From: Thermoleophilaceae bacterium
GTDB taxonomy: Bacteria; Actinomycetota; Thermoleophilia; Solirubrobacterales; Thermoleophilaceae
Reading direction: 5' to 3'
NCBI GenBank assembly: GCA_040509755.1
Contig: JBEVKF010000098.1
Coordinates: 19,081-83,080 of the forward strand
Length of the DNA: 64,000 nt
Below are positions 26,872 to 36,626 of this stretch, one piece after another (positions within the stretch are counted from its first letter, which is position 1; every line of letters starts with the position of its first letter). Both the position numbers and the translations under genes were made by a program. Below the pieces are notes generated by a model, which worked only from the letters and a program-made list of their open reading frames with translations, ran no database searches and had not been told where the DNA came from.

Positions 26872-28223
26872 TCGACTTCTCCGCCGGCCGCCTCGCCCAG
26901 GCCGCCGGCGGCGAGCTGGCCGCCGGGGAGCCCGAGCGGGCCGGGCCCGATCGGGCGGTCATCGACTCGCGCGAAGTGGGGCCAGGGGACCTGTTCGTCG
27001 GCCTGCGCGGCACGGTCGCCGACGGAGGGCGCTTCGCCGCTGCCGCGCTCGAGCAGGGCGCCTGGGGTGTGGTGGTCTCGCCCGAGCACGCCGCCTCGGC
27101 GGTCGCGGCGGCCGAGGCCACGGTGGGCCACTCCGCCTGTACGAACGCGGCGGTCATCGCGGTCGAGGAGCCGCTTGCCGCCCTGCACTCGCTCGCGCGA
27201 GCCTGGCGGCGGGAGCTCGGGGCAAAGGTCTTCGGTGTCACCGGCTCCACCGGCAAGACGTCGACCAAGGACATCCTGGCGGCCCTGCTGAAGACGCGCC
27301 TCGTGACCCACGCGAGCCGCGAGAACTGGAACACCGAGATCGGCCTGCCGCTGACGATCCTCGAGGCCGGCCGCGGCACGGAGGCGTTCGTGCTCGAAAT
27401 GGCCATGCGCGGCGAGGGCCAGATCGCCGAGCTCGTGGCCGTAGCCGAGCCGGACGTCGGCGTGATCGTGAACGTCGGCCCTGTGCACCTCGAGGTGCTC
27501 GGCACCGTGGAGCGCGTCGCGGCCGCCAAGGCCGAGCTGATTCGCGACCTGCGTGCCGGCGCCGCCTGCGTCGTGCCCGTCAGCGAGCCGCTGCTCGACC
27601 GGCACCTGCGAAAGCAGGATCTCGACACCTGGACCTTCGGGCCGGGGGGCGACGTGCATTTGCTGTCGTTCGACCGCGGCCGGGCCGAGATCGAGGCGCG
27701 CATGCAGATGGTCGAGCTCGAGCTGCCCTATTCCGAGCCGCACAACCTGCTCAACACGCTGGCGGCCGTGGCGGCCGCGCGTGCACTCGGAATCGAGGTG
27801 GGCGGCCGCGTCGATGTGCGGTTCTCGTCGCTTCGCGGCGAGGTGGTCGAGCTTCCCGGCGGCGTGACCGTGGTGAACGACTGCTACAACGCCAACCCGA
27901 TGTCGATGCGCGCCGCCCTGGACCACCTCGCGTCAAGCGAGGCCGAGCGCCGGATCGCCGTGCTCGGCACCATGGCCGAGCTCGGCCCCGGCTCGGAGGG
28001 CTTCCACCGCGAGATCGGCGCCCACGCCGCCGCCGTCGGGATCGACGTGCTCGTGCCGGTGGGCGCGGAGGCGCTCGACTACACCGGCGGCTTCGATGGC
28101 GAGACCCACCCGGTCGCGAGCCCCGAGGAGGCGAGCGCCCTGTTGGAGGAGCTCGCGCGCCCTGGCGACCGCGTGCTGATCAAGGGATCGAGGTCGGTCG
28201 GGCTAGAGCGGGTGCTCGCCTAG
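26868..28223 (+). CDS. murF: UDP-N-acetylmuramoyl-tripeptide--D-alanyl-D-alanine ligase
   Basis: ATGA overlap with murE. GVTGSTGKTSTKD. Mur ligase domains in the dcw position. Confidence 0.92.
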   Translation: MIDFSAGRLAQAAGGELAAGEPERAGPDRAVIDSREVGPGDLFVGLRGTVADGGRFAAAALEQGAWGVVVSPEHAASAVAAAEATVGHSACTNAAVIAVEEPLAALHSLARAWRRELGAKVFGVTGSTGKTSTKDILAALLKTRLVTHASRENWNTEIGLPLTILEAGRGTEAFVLEMAMRGEGQIAELVAVAEPDVGVIVNVGPVHLEVLGTVERVAAAKAELIRDLRAGAACVVPVSEPLLDRHLRKQDLDTWTFGPGGDVHLLSFDRGRAEIEARMQMVELELPYSEPHNLLNTLAAVAAARALGIEVGGRVDVRFSSLRGEVVELPGGVTVVNDCYNANPMSMRAALDHLASSEAERRIAVLGTMAELGPGSEGFHREIGAHAAAVGIDVLVPVGAEALDYTGGFDGETHPVASPEEASALLEELARPGDRVLIKGSRSVGLERVLA

Positions 28224-28225
28224 GA

Positions 28226-29203
28226 ATGCTCGGGGAGGTCCTGATCGGAGGCATGGGCTCGCTGCTCGTGTGCGTATTCCTCGGACCGCGCTTCATCGAG
28301 TACCTGCGCCTGAAGGAGTTCGGCCAGCACATCCGCGAGGAGGGCCCGGCAGGACACCACGGCAAGGCCGGCACGCCGACCATGGGCGGCCTTGTGATCT
28401 TCCTCGGCGTGTGCGTGCCGTTCCTGATCCTGTCCGAGTACCGCGCCGCCAGCCTGGCCGTGCTCGGCACGGCGCTCGCCATGGCCGCGCTCGGGTTTGC
28501 CGACGACATGACCAAGCTGCGAAAGCGCCGCTCGCTCGGCATCTCGGGGAAGACCAAGCTGCTGGTCCAGGCGCTCACGGCGATCGCCCTCTGGCTCGTG
28601 GTCACCGAGTACGTGGGCATCCAGGACACACTGCAGCTGCGCGTGGTCGACGCGTCCGTCAACCTCGGCTACGCCTACCCGGTACTGATCTTCCTGGTCC
28701 TGGCGGGCGCCACCAACGGCGTGAACCTGACCGACGGGCTCGACGGCCTCGCGGCGGGGTGCTGCGCGATCGTTTTCCTCGCCTTCACGGCCATGACGTT
28801 CATCACCAAGGGCGAGGTTCAGCTCGATCTCGCGCTGCTGTGCGCATGCCTGATCGGCGCCTGCGTCGGCTTTCTGTGGTTCAACTCGTTCCCGGCCTCG
28901 GTGTTCATGGGCGACACCGGCTCGCTCGGACTCGGCGGCGCGATCGCCGGCCTGGCGGTTCTCACCCAGACCGAGGTCCTGCTGATCGTGATCGGCGGGA
29001 TCTTCGTGATCGAGGCGCTCTCGGTCGCGATCCAGGTGTTCGCCTTCCAGCGCTTTCGAAAGCGCGTGTTCCTGATGGCCCCGATCCACCATCACTTCGA
29101 GCTCATGGCCTGGTCGGAGACGAAGATCATCCTGCGCTTTTGGATCGTCGCGGCCGTCTGCGCGGCGATCGGGTTCACGCTCTACCAGCAGTCGATTCCT
29201 TGA
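28226..29203 (+). CDS. mraY: Phospho-N-acetylmuramoyl-pentapeptide transferase
   Basis: 325 aa. GTPTMGG, NGVNLTDGLDGLA, FMGDTGSLGLGG, PIHHHFE. Confidence 0.95.
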   Translation: MLGEVLIGGMGSLLVCVFLGPRFIEYLRLKEFGQHIREEGPAGHHGKAGTPTMGGLVIFLGVCVPFLILSEYRAASLAVLGTALAMAALGFADDMTKLRKRRSLGISGKTKLLVQALTAIALWLVVTEYVGIQDTLQLRVVDASVNLGYAYPVLIFLVLAGATNGVNLTDGLDGLAAGCCAIVFLAFTAMTFITKGEVQLDLALLCACLIGACVGFLWFNSFPASVFMGDTGSLGLGGAIAGLAVLTQTEVLLIVIGGIFVIEALSVAIQVFAFQRFRKRVFLMAPIHHHFELMAWSETKIILRFWIVAAVCAAIGFTLYQQSIP

Positions 29204-30444
29204 GGCCCGCGCTTCCGGAGGGGCCCTACCTGATCGTCGGCCTCGCGCGCTCCGGGGTGGCCGCGGCGCGCGCGCTGCGCGAGCACGGCACCGTGATCGC
29301 GTGCGACAGCGGCCATCCCGACCTGCCCGCGGACATCGACGGGTACCTCGATACCGAGGGCGTCGGCCTGCTTCAGCGCGTGGCCAGCGTGATCAAGAGC
29401 CCGGGTGTGCCGAACGACGCGCCGGTGATCGCAGCGGCTCGCAGGCAGGGCCTGGCGGTGCTCGGCGAGCTCGAGCTGGCTTGGCGGCTGCTGCCCAACC
29501 CCTTCGTGGCGGTCACGGGCACCAACGGCAAGACGACCACGGTCGAGCTGCTCGGCGCCATCTGGCGCGAGGCGGACCTGCCCGTCGCGGTGGCAGGCAA
29601 CGTGGGGACGCCCCTGTCCTCGCTGGTAGGTGAGATCGCTCCCGAGGCGACGGTGGTCTGCGAGGTCTCGAGCTTCCAGGCCGAGGACGCGGTCGAGTTC
29701 GCGCCCGACACCGCTCTGCTGCTCAACCTGAGCGAGGATCACCTCGACCGCCACGGGAGCCTCGAGGACTACCGCGCGGCCAAGCTCAGCCTCTTCGCGC
29801 GCCAGCGCCCGGACCAGGTGGCGGTCGCCCCGGAGGGTGTCGACCTGCCCGGCGCGGCGCGGCGGGTGACCTTTGGCGACCCGGGCGAGCTGCCGCTCGA
29901 CCCTGATCAAATCCGCCTGCGCGGGGCGCACAACCTCGAGAACGCGATGGGCGCGTCGGCCGCCGCGCTCGTCAGCGGGGTGCCGGCCGAGGCCGTGGCG
30001 GCCGCACTGCGGAGCTTCGCGGGCGTGCCCCACCGGCTCGAGGAGGTTGGGACGGTGAACGGGGTGCTCTTCGTCAACGATTCCAAGGCCACCAACGTGT
30101 CGTCGGCCAGGCGCGGGATCGAGTCGTTCGAGCGCGGCGTGCACGCGATCCTGGGCGGCAGCCTCAAGGGCGGCGGGTTCGAGGGCCTGCGCGAGCCCGT
30201 GGCGGCGCGCTGCAGCGCCTGCTACCTGATCGGCGAGGCCTCTGAGCGCCTGGCCGCCGACCTCGCCGGCACCGGCGTGCCGCTGCGCCCAAGCGGCGAT
30301 CTCGAAACGGCGATGCGGGCGGCCGCCGCAGCGGCCGAGCCGGGCGATGTGGTGCTGCTCAGTCCGGCCTGCGCGAGCTTCGACCAGTTTCGCGACTACG
30401 AGGAGCGCGGGGACCGCTTTCGGGCGCTCGTGCCGCGAGCATGA
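29200..30444 (+). CDS. murD: UDP-N-acetylmuramoylalanine--D-glutamate ligase
   Basis: TTG 29200 in a TTGA overlap with the mraY stop (C-terminal part of ORF 28270..30444). GLARSG, VTGTNGKTTT, NDSKATN. Confidence 0.9.
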   Translation: MRPALPEGPYLIVGLARSGVAAARALREHGTVIACDSGHPDLPADIDGYLDTEGVGLLQRVASVIKSPGVPNDAPVIAAARRQGLAVLGELELAWRLLPNPFVAVTGTNGKTTTVELLGAIWREADLPVAVAGNVGTPLSSLVGEIAPEATVVCEVSSFQAEDAVEFAPDTALLLNLSEDHLDRHGSLEDYRAAKLSLFARQRPDQVAVAPEGVDLPGAARRVTFGDPGELPLDPDQIRLRGAHNLENAMGASAAALVSGVPAEAVAAALRSFAGVPHRLEEVGTVNGVLFVNDSKATNVSSARRGIESFERGVHAILGGSLKGGGFEGLREPVAARCSACYLIGEASERLAADLAGTGVPLRPSGDLETAMRAAAAAAEPGDVVLLSPACASFDQFRDYEERGDRFRALVPRA

Positions 30445-30474
30445 ATCCGCGGGCGCGCGTCGAAGGAGGGCCGG

Positions 30475-31755
30475 ATGGCTACGCGCGCCGCCCCAGCCGC
30501 AAGCGCCCGGCTCGGCCGGGTGCGCGCGGGGAAGTCTCCGAAACGGCCGATCGAGTATTCGATCCTCTACACGGCCACGCTGTGCCTGCTCGCGGGCGGG
30601 GCGGTGATGGTTTACTCGGCGAGCTCGGCGGAGTCGCTGCTCGCGGGCTCCGGAGACGCCTCCTTCTACCTCAAGCGCTACGTCCTGTTCGGGGTGATCG
30701 GGCTGGTGGTCCTGCACGCGGCCTCGCGGCACGGACTGCGGGTGATCCGTGCCGTGACGCCGGTCCTGCTGGTTGCCTCGTTCTGCCTGACATTCGCGGT
30801 GATGCTGCCTGGCCTCGGCGTGACCGTGAATGGTGCGACCCGCTGGCTCGGCGCCGGGCCGCTCCAGTTCCAGCCGTCGGAGTTGCTGAAGGTATCGCTC
30901 GTGCTCTACGCGGCCCAGGTACTGGCGGCCCGGCCGAAGTCCACCAAAACACTCGGCGGGCTGGTCAGGCCGCTTCTGCTCGTCGTCGGAGCCGGCTGCG
31001 CGTTGCTCCTCAAGCAGCCCGACATGGGCACGGCGATGGTGATCTGCTTTGCGATCGGCGCGCTGCTCGTGGCCGCGGGAACCCCGGTCCGGGTGCTGGC
31101 CACGATCCTCGGCGTGCTCGGCACGCTCGCGACGCTGATGGTGTTGATCGAGCCCTACCGGCGGGCACGGCTGACGTCGTTCCTCGACCCTTTCTCCGAC
31201 GCGGGCGACACCGGCTTCCAGGCCGTGCAGGCGCTCACCGCGATCGGCTCGGGAGGCCTCTTCGGAGTCGGCCTCGGCGAGTCGGTTCAGAAGATCTTCT
31301 ACCTGCCCGAAGCCCACACGGACATGATCCTGGCCATCATCGGCGAGGAGCTCGGGCTGATCGGGATTCTCGGCACGATCCTGCTCTACGGCATGATCGG
31401 GTACGCCGGGCTGCGCGCCGCCAAGCTCGCCCGCGACCTGCATTCGAAGCTGCTCGCGGCGGGCATCACATCGCTGATCCTCTGTCAGGCGACGCTCAAC
31501 TTCTTCGCCGTGATGGGGATGGCGCCGCTGACCGGCGTGCCGCTCCCCTTCCTGTCCTACGGGAGCACGAACCTCATCGTGCTGATGGGAGCGATGGGCC
31601 TGCTGTTGAACGTGGCGGCCACAGGCGGCAAGGCCGCGCGGCTCGCGCCGGCAAAGCCGCGGCTTGAGGCGATCGAAGGAGGTCGAGGTGCCCAGGATCG
31701 TGATCGCGGCCGGCGGGACGGCCGGACACGTCGTACCGGCGCTCGCGGTCGCTGA
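30475..31755 (+). CDS. ftsW: SEDS-family peptidoglycan glycosyltransferase FtsW
   Basis: 426 aa, multi-TM, with SEDS motifs (QPSELLK, HTDMILAIIGEELG, PLTGVPLPFLSYGS). The C-terminal Arg-rich tail overlaps the murG start. Confidence 0.9.
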   Translation: MATRAAPAASARLGRVRAGKSPKRPIEYSILYTATLCLLAGGAVMVYSASSAESLLAGSGDASFYLKRYVLFGVIGLVVLHAASRHGLRVIRAVTPVLLVASFCLTFAVMLPGLGVTVNGATRWLGAGPLQFQPSELLKVSLVLYAAQVLAARPKSTKTLGGLVRPLLLVVGAGCALLLKQPDMGTAMVICFAIGALLVAAGTPVRVLATILGVLGTLATLMVLIEPYRRARLTSFLDPFSDAGDTGFQAVQALTAIGSGGLFGVGLGESVQKIFYLPEAHTDMILAIIGEELGLIGILGTILLYGMIGYAGLRAAKLARDLHSKLLAAGITSLILCQATLNFFAVMGMAPLTGVPLPFLSYGSTNLIVLMGAMGLLLNVAATGGKAARLAPAKPRLEAIEGGRGAQDRDRGRRDGRTRRTGARGR

Positions 31756-32761
31756 CGCGCTGCGCGAGCGAGGCGCCGAGGTCGAGTTCATCGGAGGTGA
31801 GCGCACCGAGGCCGAGCTGGTCCCGGCCGCCGGCTATGCCTTCCACCGGGTGCGCGTGGCCGGCATCGACCGGCACAACCCGCTGCGGGCCGCGCGAGCG
31901 CTGCTGATGGCGGGCGCGGCGTTCATACGAGCGCGCGGACTGCTGAGAACGCTGGGCGCCGACGCCGTGCTGGGCGCCGGCGGTTATGTGGCCGGCCCGG
32001 TCGGGCTCGCCGCTCGCAGCCTGAGGTTGACGCTCGTGCTCACGGAGGCCGACAGCCGGCTCGGCGTCACAAACCGGCTGCTCGCGCCGTTTGCCCGCCG
32101 CGTGTTCCTCACCTTCCCGATCGAGGGCCGGGGCGGATCGAAATGGGTGCTCAGCGGACGCGCGGTGCCCGCGGACACCGGGCAGGCGGACCGGGCCGCG
32201 GCGCGCAGGCGCTTTGAGATCGGCCCCGACGAGCCATGCGTGCTCGTATTTGGCGGCTCGCTGGGTGCGCGCCGCCTCAACCACGCGGCGCTCGATGCAT
32301 TCGGGTCCGCCGCCCCGAGCGCCGTGCTGCACGCGAGCGGGCTGCGCGATCACCCGGAGCTGCGCGAGCGCCTCGACTCGCTCGGCTCGCCGCCGCACTA
32401 CCACCTGCACCCCTACATCGAGCCCTTCGCGGAGGCGCTCGCAGCCGCGGACCTGGTGGTGGCGCGTGCCGGTGGATCGGTGATGGAGGTGGCCGCCGCA
32501 GGCCTGCCCGCGCTGCTCGTGCCCTTCCCGCACGCGACGGCCGACCACCAGACACTCAACGCGCGCTACATCGAGCGCGCGGGAGCGGCCGTGGTGGTGA
32601 GCGACGCCGAGCTCGACGGTCCCCGGCTCGCGCGTGAGGTCGGTGCCCTGCTGGGCTCGCCGCAGCGCATGGCCGCCATGGCCAAGGCGGCGCGCGCCGT
32701 GGCACGGCCGGACGCGGCGGAGCGGATCGCCACGGAGCTGCTGGCGCTGGCGGGATCCTAG
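31688..32761 (+). CDS. murG: UDP-N-acetylglucosamine--N-acetylmuramyl-(pentapeptide) pyrophosphoryl-undecaprenol GlcNAc transferase
   Basis: ORF 31664..32761. The probable start is GTG 31688 (VPRIVIAAGGTAGHVVPALAVA...) with GAGG upstream. GGSLGA motif. Confidence 0.9.
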   Translation: MPRIVIAAGGTAGHVVPALAVADALRERGAEVEFIGGERTEAELVPAAGYAFHRVRVAGIDRHNPLRAARALLMAGAAFIRARGLLRTLGADAVLGAGGYVAGPVGLAARSLRLTLVLTEADSRLGVTNRLLAPFARRVFLTFPIEGRGGSKWVLSGRAVPADTGQADRAAARRRFEIGPDEPCVLVFGGSLGARRLNHAALDAFGSAAPSAVLHASGLRDHPELRERLDSLGSPPHYHLHPYIEPFAEALAAADLVVARAGGSVMEVAAAGLPALLVPFPHATADHQTLNARYIERAGAAVVVSDAELDGPRLAREVGALLGSPQRMAAMAKAARAVARPDAAERIATELLALAGS

Positions 32762-33132
32762 AGCGGTCGCGAGCCCGAGCAGACGAGCCGCAGCCACCCG
32801 ATCCGGCCGTCGCGCTCGCTCAGGAAGGCCTGTTGCTCGACCAGGAAGGTTCCCTTGGCGTTCGTCAGGCGATAGCGATAGCCCACCCGCTCGCGGTCGC
32901 CGACCGTGTCGGTCTCGACCGAGATCACCTCCTCGACCTGCTCGTCTGGCTCGATCCAGCGCTCCAGGATCTCGTTGATCACGGTCTGGGGGTCGCCGCC
33001 CTCCCAGAACCTGTTCGGCGTGAGCGCGCGGAAGTCGACCTCGGGATGAAGCAGTTGCGCCATCCGCTCGTGGTCCTTCGAGGTGTAGGCCTCGGCGAAG
33101 GCGGCGCCGAGCGACGTTGCGGTGTGCGACAT
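32758..33132 (-). CDS. SnoaL/NTF2-like fold protein (antisense insertion between murG and murC)
   Basis: ATG 33132 (MSHTATSLGAAFAEAYTSKDHERMAQLLHPEVDFRALTPNRFWEG...) has the pattern of SnoaL-like small proteins. Its stop overlaps the murG stop region. Confidence 0.6.
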   Translation of the reverse strand: MSHTATSLGAAFAEAYTSKDHERMAQLLHPEVDFRALTPNRFWEGGDPQTVINEILERWIEPDEQVEEVISVETDTVGDRERVGYRYRLTNAKGTFLVEQQAFLSERDGRIGWLRLVCSGSRPL

Positions 33133-33157
33133 GCACGCAGAATAAGGTCCGGCGCCG

Positions 33158-34486
33158 ATGACCGACGCTCCGCTCGCGGGTCGCAGCCTGCATTTCATAG
33201 GGATCGGCGGGGCCGGGATGAGCGGCCTCGCGGTGGTGGCGCGCGCCCTCGGCGCGCGCGTGACGGGCTCGGATGCGGCCGAGTCCGGCTACGTCGCGGG
33301 CCTACGCGCGGCGGGGATCGAGCCGCACATCGGCCACGACGCGGCCAACCTGCCCGCCGGAGCCGAGGTCGTGGTGTCGACGGCCATCCCACAGGACAAT
33401 CCCGAGCTCTCGGCCGCTCGCTCGGCCGGCGCGCGGGTGCTCCACCGCGGCGACCTGCTCGGCGAGCTCTCCGCCATGAAGCGCACGATCGCGGTGGCGG
33501 GAACGCACGGCAAGACGACCACGGCGTCGATGGCCGCTCACGCGCTGCGGGAGTGCGGCCGCGATCCCGCGTTCTTGATCGGGGGGGAGCTGCGCTCGGC
33601 TCACACGAACGCCGCCTGGGGCTTGGGGGAGTGGGCGGTGATCGAGGCCGACGAGTCCGACCGCTCGTTCCTGGCGCTCGAGCCGGAGGTTGCGGTGGTG
33701 ACCAACATCGAGCTCGACCACCACTCGACCTACGCGAGCCTGCGCGACCTCGAGCAGGCCTTCGCGGAGTTCGCCGCGCCCGCCGCGCTGCGGGTGGCGG
33801 GCGTCGGCCTTGAGTTCGCGGGCGACACGCTCTCCTTTGGAATCGAGGCCGGCGACGTTCGCCCCGAGAACCTCGAGCTGACCGCCGGTGGGTCGCGCTT
33901 TGCGGTGGAGGGTGCCGTCGTCGAGCTGCGCGTGCCCGGCCGCCACAACGTGCTGAACGCGCTGGCGGCCGTGGCGGCGTGCCGGGCCGCGGGGCTGACG
34001 CCCGCCGAGTCGGCTCCCGCGCTGGCGAGCTTCACCGGAGCGGGGCGGCGCTTCGAGGAGCACGGCCGTACCGCCGCGGGCGCCCTCGTCTACGACGACT
34101 ATGCCCACCACCCGACCGAGGTCCGCGCCACGCTGGAGGGCGCGCGAACGCTCGAGCCGGAGCGCCTCGTTGCGTGCTTTCAACCGCACCTCTACTCGCG
34201 CACTCGCATGCTGGCGCGCGAGTTCGGCCGCGCGCTCGCCGTCGCCGACGTGGTCGTGGTGGTCGACGTCTATCCGGCCCGCGAGCGCGCCGAGGACTTT
34301 CCAGGGGTCAGCGGCCTGCTGGTGGCGCGCGCCGCCGCCGACGCGGCCGCCGGGCGGCCGGTCTGGTGGCTACCCGCGCGGGCCGACGCCGAGAGGATGC
34401 TGCGCGCCGAGCTGCGCGAGGGCGACCTGCTGGTGACGCTCGGGGCCGGCAACATCGACGACCTGGCCCGAGGGCTCACGGCATGA
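33158..34486 (+). CDS. murC: UDP-N-acetylmuramate--L-alanine ligase
   Basis: 442 aa. HFIGIGGAGMSGLA, VAGTHGKTTT, YAHHP. Confidence 0.93.
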   Translation: MTDAPLAGRSLHFIGIGGAGMSGLAVVARALGARVTGSDAAESGYVAGLRAAGIEPHIGHDAANLPAGAEVVVSTAIPQDNPELSAARSAGARVLHRGDLLGELSAMKRTIAVAGTHGKTTTASMAAHALRECGRDPAFLIGGELRSAHTNAAWGLGEWAVIEADESDRSFLALEPEVAVVTNIELDHHSTYASLRDLEQAFAEFAAPAALRVAGVGLEFAGDTLSFGIEAGDVRPENLELTAGGSRFAVEGAVVELRVPGRHNVLNALAAVAACRAAGLTPAESAPALASFTGAGRRFEEHGRTAAGALVYDDYAHHPTEVRATLEGARTLEPERLVACFQPHLYSRTRMLAREFGRALAVADVVVVVDVYPARERAEDFPGVSGLLVARAAADAAAGRPVWWLPARADAERMLRAELREGDLLVTLGAGNIDDLARGLTA

Positions 34487-35409
34487 GCGGACCGCCCGCG
34501 GGCGTCGAACGCGACTACCCGCTCGCCCGTCTCACCACGATCCGCACCGGTGGGCCTGCCGACTGGTTCGCTCGTCCCGACTCCGCCGAGCGGCTCGCCG
34601 GTCTGCTCGAGTGGGCCGATCGCGATCAGATCGCGGTAGGAGTGGTCGGCTCGGGCTCGAACCTCCTGGTAGCGGATGCGGGATTCCGAGGACTTGCAAT
34701 GAAGCTCGACGGCTCGCTCGCCACGATCGAGCAGGAGGACCGGCGCCTGGTTTGCGGCGGTGGCGCCCGCCTGCCGCAGGCGGCGGCGCGCGCGGCGCGC
34801 GCGGGACTGAGCGGCCTCGAGTTCGGTGTGAACATCCCCGGAACCGTCGGCGGCGCCGTGAAGATGAACGCCAATGCCTACGGCGGCGACCTCTCACGCG
34901 TGCTCGAGTGGGTCGAGGTCGCGATTCCCGGGGCCACCGAGCGGCGCACCGCCGATCGGATGGGCTTCAGCTACCGGCGCAGCAACCTAGGTCCGCGCGA
35001 GGTGGTCGCGCGGGCGTCATTCGAGCTCTCGCCCGCCGAGCCCGAGAGCGTCAAGGCCACGCTCGCCGAGATGCGGACCGCCCGCAGGGCGGCGCAGCCG
35101 TCGGGCATCAAGACGTTCGGCTCCACCTTCAAGAACCCGGATGACCCGCGCGCCGAGGGACGCAGCGCCGGAGTGCTGCTCGACGAGGCCGGCTGCCGCG
35201 GACTGCAGGTCGGCGGCGCGCGCTTCTCCGACAAGCACGCGAACTTCGTCGAGAACCCGGGGGAGGCGAGCACCGCCGACGTGATCGCCCTGATGGCGGA
35301 GGGCAAGCGCCGCGTTCGCGAGCGCTTCGGCATCGAGCTCGAGCCCGAGGTGCAGCTGTTGGGCGACGCCGACGTGTCGGCCCTGTGGCCCGAGGGCCGG
35401 TCGCGGTGA
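34483..35409 (+). CDS. murB: UDP-N-acetylenolpyruvoylglucosamine reductase
   Basis: ATGA overlap with murC. LARLTTIRTGGPA, GSGSNLL and a FAD-binding PCMH domain. C-terminal ...GSTFKNP...AGCRGLQVGGARFS.KHANF. Confidence 0.9.
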   Translation: MSGPPAGVERDYPLARLTTIRTGGPADWFARPDSAERLAGLLEWADRDQIAVGVVGSGSNLLVADAGFRGLAMKLDGSLATIEQEDRRLVCGGGARLPQAAARAARAGLSGLEFGVNIPGTVGGAVKMNANAYGGDLSRVLEWVEVAIPGATERRTADRMGFSYRRSNLGPREVVARASFELSPAEPESVKATLAEMRTARRAAQPSGIKTFGSTFKNPDDPRAEGRSAGVLLDEAGCRGLQVGGARFSDKHANFVENPGEASTADVIALMAEGKRRVRERFGIELEPEVQLLGDADVSALWPEGRSR

Positions 35410-36437
35410 GCGGCCTGGCGGCAACGCTCGCTCGGCGCCGCCCACGCCTGCGCTCGCTGCCGACCCCCTCCCCGCGGCTACGCCGCCGCCTGCTGGCGCT
35501 CGTTCTCGTCTGCCTGGCGCTCCTCGCCGGCTACCGGTTCTGGCTGCGCGACTCGTCCTTTGTCGCGGTCGAGCAGGTGAGCGTCACCGGCCTCACGACC
35601 GCGGACTCCGAGCGCGTGCGCATGGCCATCGGCGCGACGGCGCGGGGCATGACCACCCTCAACGTGGACCTCGAGCGCCTCGAGCGCGCCGTCGCGCCCT
35701 ACCCGGTCGTGCGCGAGCTCGAGGTGACGACGGACTTTCCGCACGGGCTGCGCGTGCGGGTGATCGAGCACCAGCCGGCGGCCATGGCGGTAGGCGACGA
35801 TGGCGAGGTCCCGGTCGCCGGCGACGGGACGATCCTGCACGGACTGCCGGTCGAGGGCAAGCTCCCCGCGGTCGAGGTCGACGGCGTGCTCGGGGGAGAC
35901 CGGCTCCAGGATGCCACCGCTCGCGCCGCGGCTGCGGTCGCGGGGGCCGCGCCCCAGCGGCTGCGCGCACGCGTCGAGGAGATCGAGAAGCGCGCCCCGG
36001 AGGGTCTCGTGGCCGAGCTTCGCGACGGGCCCGAGCTGATCTTCGGCGACGCGCGCCGGGCCAGGGCCAAGTGGGCGGCCGCAGCGCGCGTGCTGGCCGA
36101 TCCCGAGGCCCGCGGCGCCAGCTACATCGATCTCCGTATCCCGGGCCGGCCCGCGGCCGGAGGGCTGCCCGCCGAGACGGTCGCGCCCGTGGCGCCCGCC
36201 GGGCACACCGCCACGACCGTTCCCAACCCGGCCGGCGCGGCAGCGACGGGAGCTCCCGCGGCGCCCGGAGCCGAGACTCCGGCCGCGCCCGAAGACGCTC
36301 CCGCGACCGTCGCGCCGAGCCCCACCACGCCGCCCGCGGGCACGGGCACGACCCCGCCGGTGAGCGCTCCCGAGTCCGCGCAGCCACCCGTCAGCACGGG
36401 CGCGGAGGGGGGCGCCACGGCTCCCGCGGCGCCTTGA
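35406..36437 (+). CDS. ftsQ: Cell-division protein FtsQ (POTRA domain) with a Pro/Ala/Thr-rich C-terminal extension
   Basis: GTG 35406 in a GTGA overlap with murB. TM (LLALVLVCLALLAGY), then POTRA (FVAVEQVSVTGLT...) and an FtsQ-type domain. In the position before ftsZ. Confidence 0.8.
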   Translation: MSGLAATLARRRPRLRSLPTPSPRLRRRLLALVLVCLALLAGYRFWLRDSSFVAVEQVSVTGLTTADSERVRMAIGATARGMTTLNVDLERLERAVAPYPVVRELEVTTDFPHGLRVRVIEHQPAAMAVGDDGEVPVAGDGTILHGLPVEGKLPAVEVDGVLGGDRLQDATARAAAAVAGAAPQRLRARVEEIEKRAPEGLVAELRDGPELIFGDARRARAKWAAAARVLADPEARGASYIDLRIPGRPAAGGLPAETVAPVAPAGHTATTVPNPAGAAATGAPAAPGAETPAAPEDAPATVAPSPTTPPAGTGTTPPVSAPESAQPPVSTGAEGGATAPAAP

Positions 36438-36522
36438 GCCAACACTGAAGCTGCGGTAGAGGTCTTTGCAATCTCTCAAGTAGCGGTTGAAGGCTTGCCT
36501 GCAAGATTTGTTGCGAGGACGG

Positions 36523-36552
36523 TTGACACTTTCGGCGAACCCCGCCTACAGT
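36523..36552 (+). promoter_or_regulatory. Sigma-70-like promoter candidate for ftsZ
   Basis: TTGACA (36523-36528), an 18-nt spacer, then TACAGT (36547-36552), in a locally AT-richer spacer about 75 nt upstream of the ftsZ ATG. Confidence 0.45.
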
Positions 36553-36626
36553 GCGGTCCTTGCGGGATTCGGGAAACCCTCGATGATCGCTTGAGCTTCG
36601 GAAGGTAGAGAGGGAGAGCAGGCCCC

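Noticed and set aside
29182-31806. 874-aa minus-strand ORF antisense to murD/ftsW
   Set aside because: The same high-GC antisense artefact. It overlaps two unambiguous dcw genes and has a low-complexity Arg/Gly/Ala composition.
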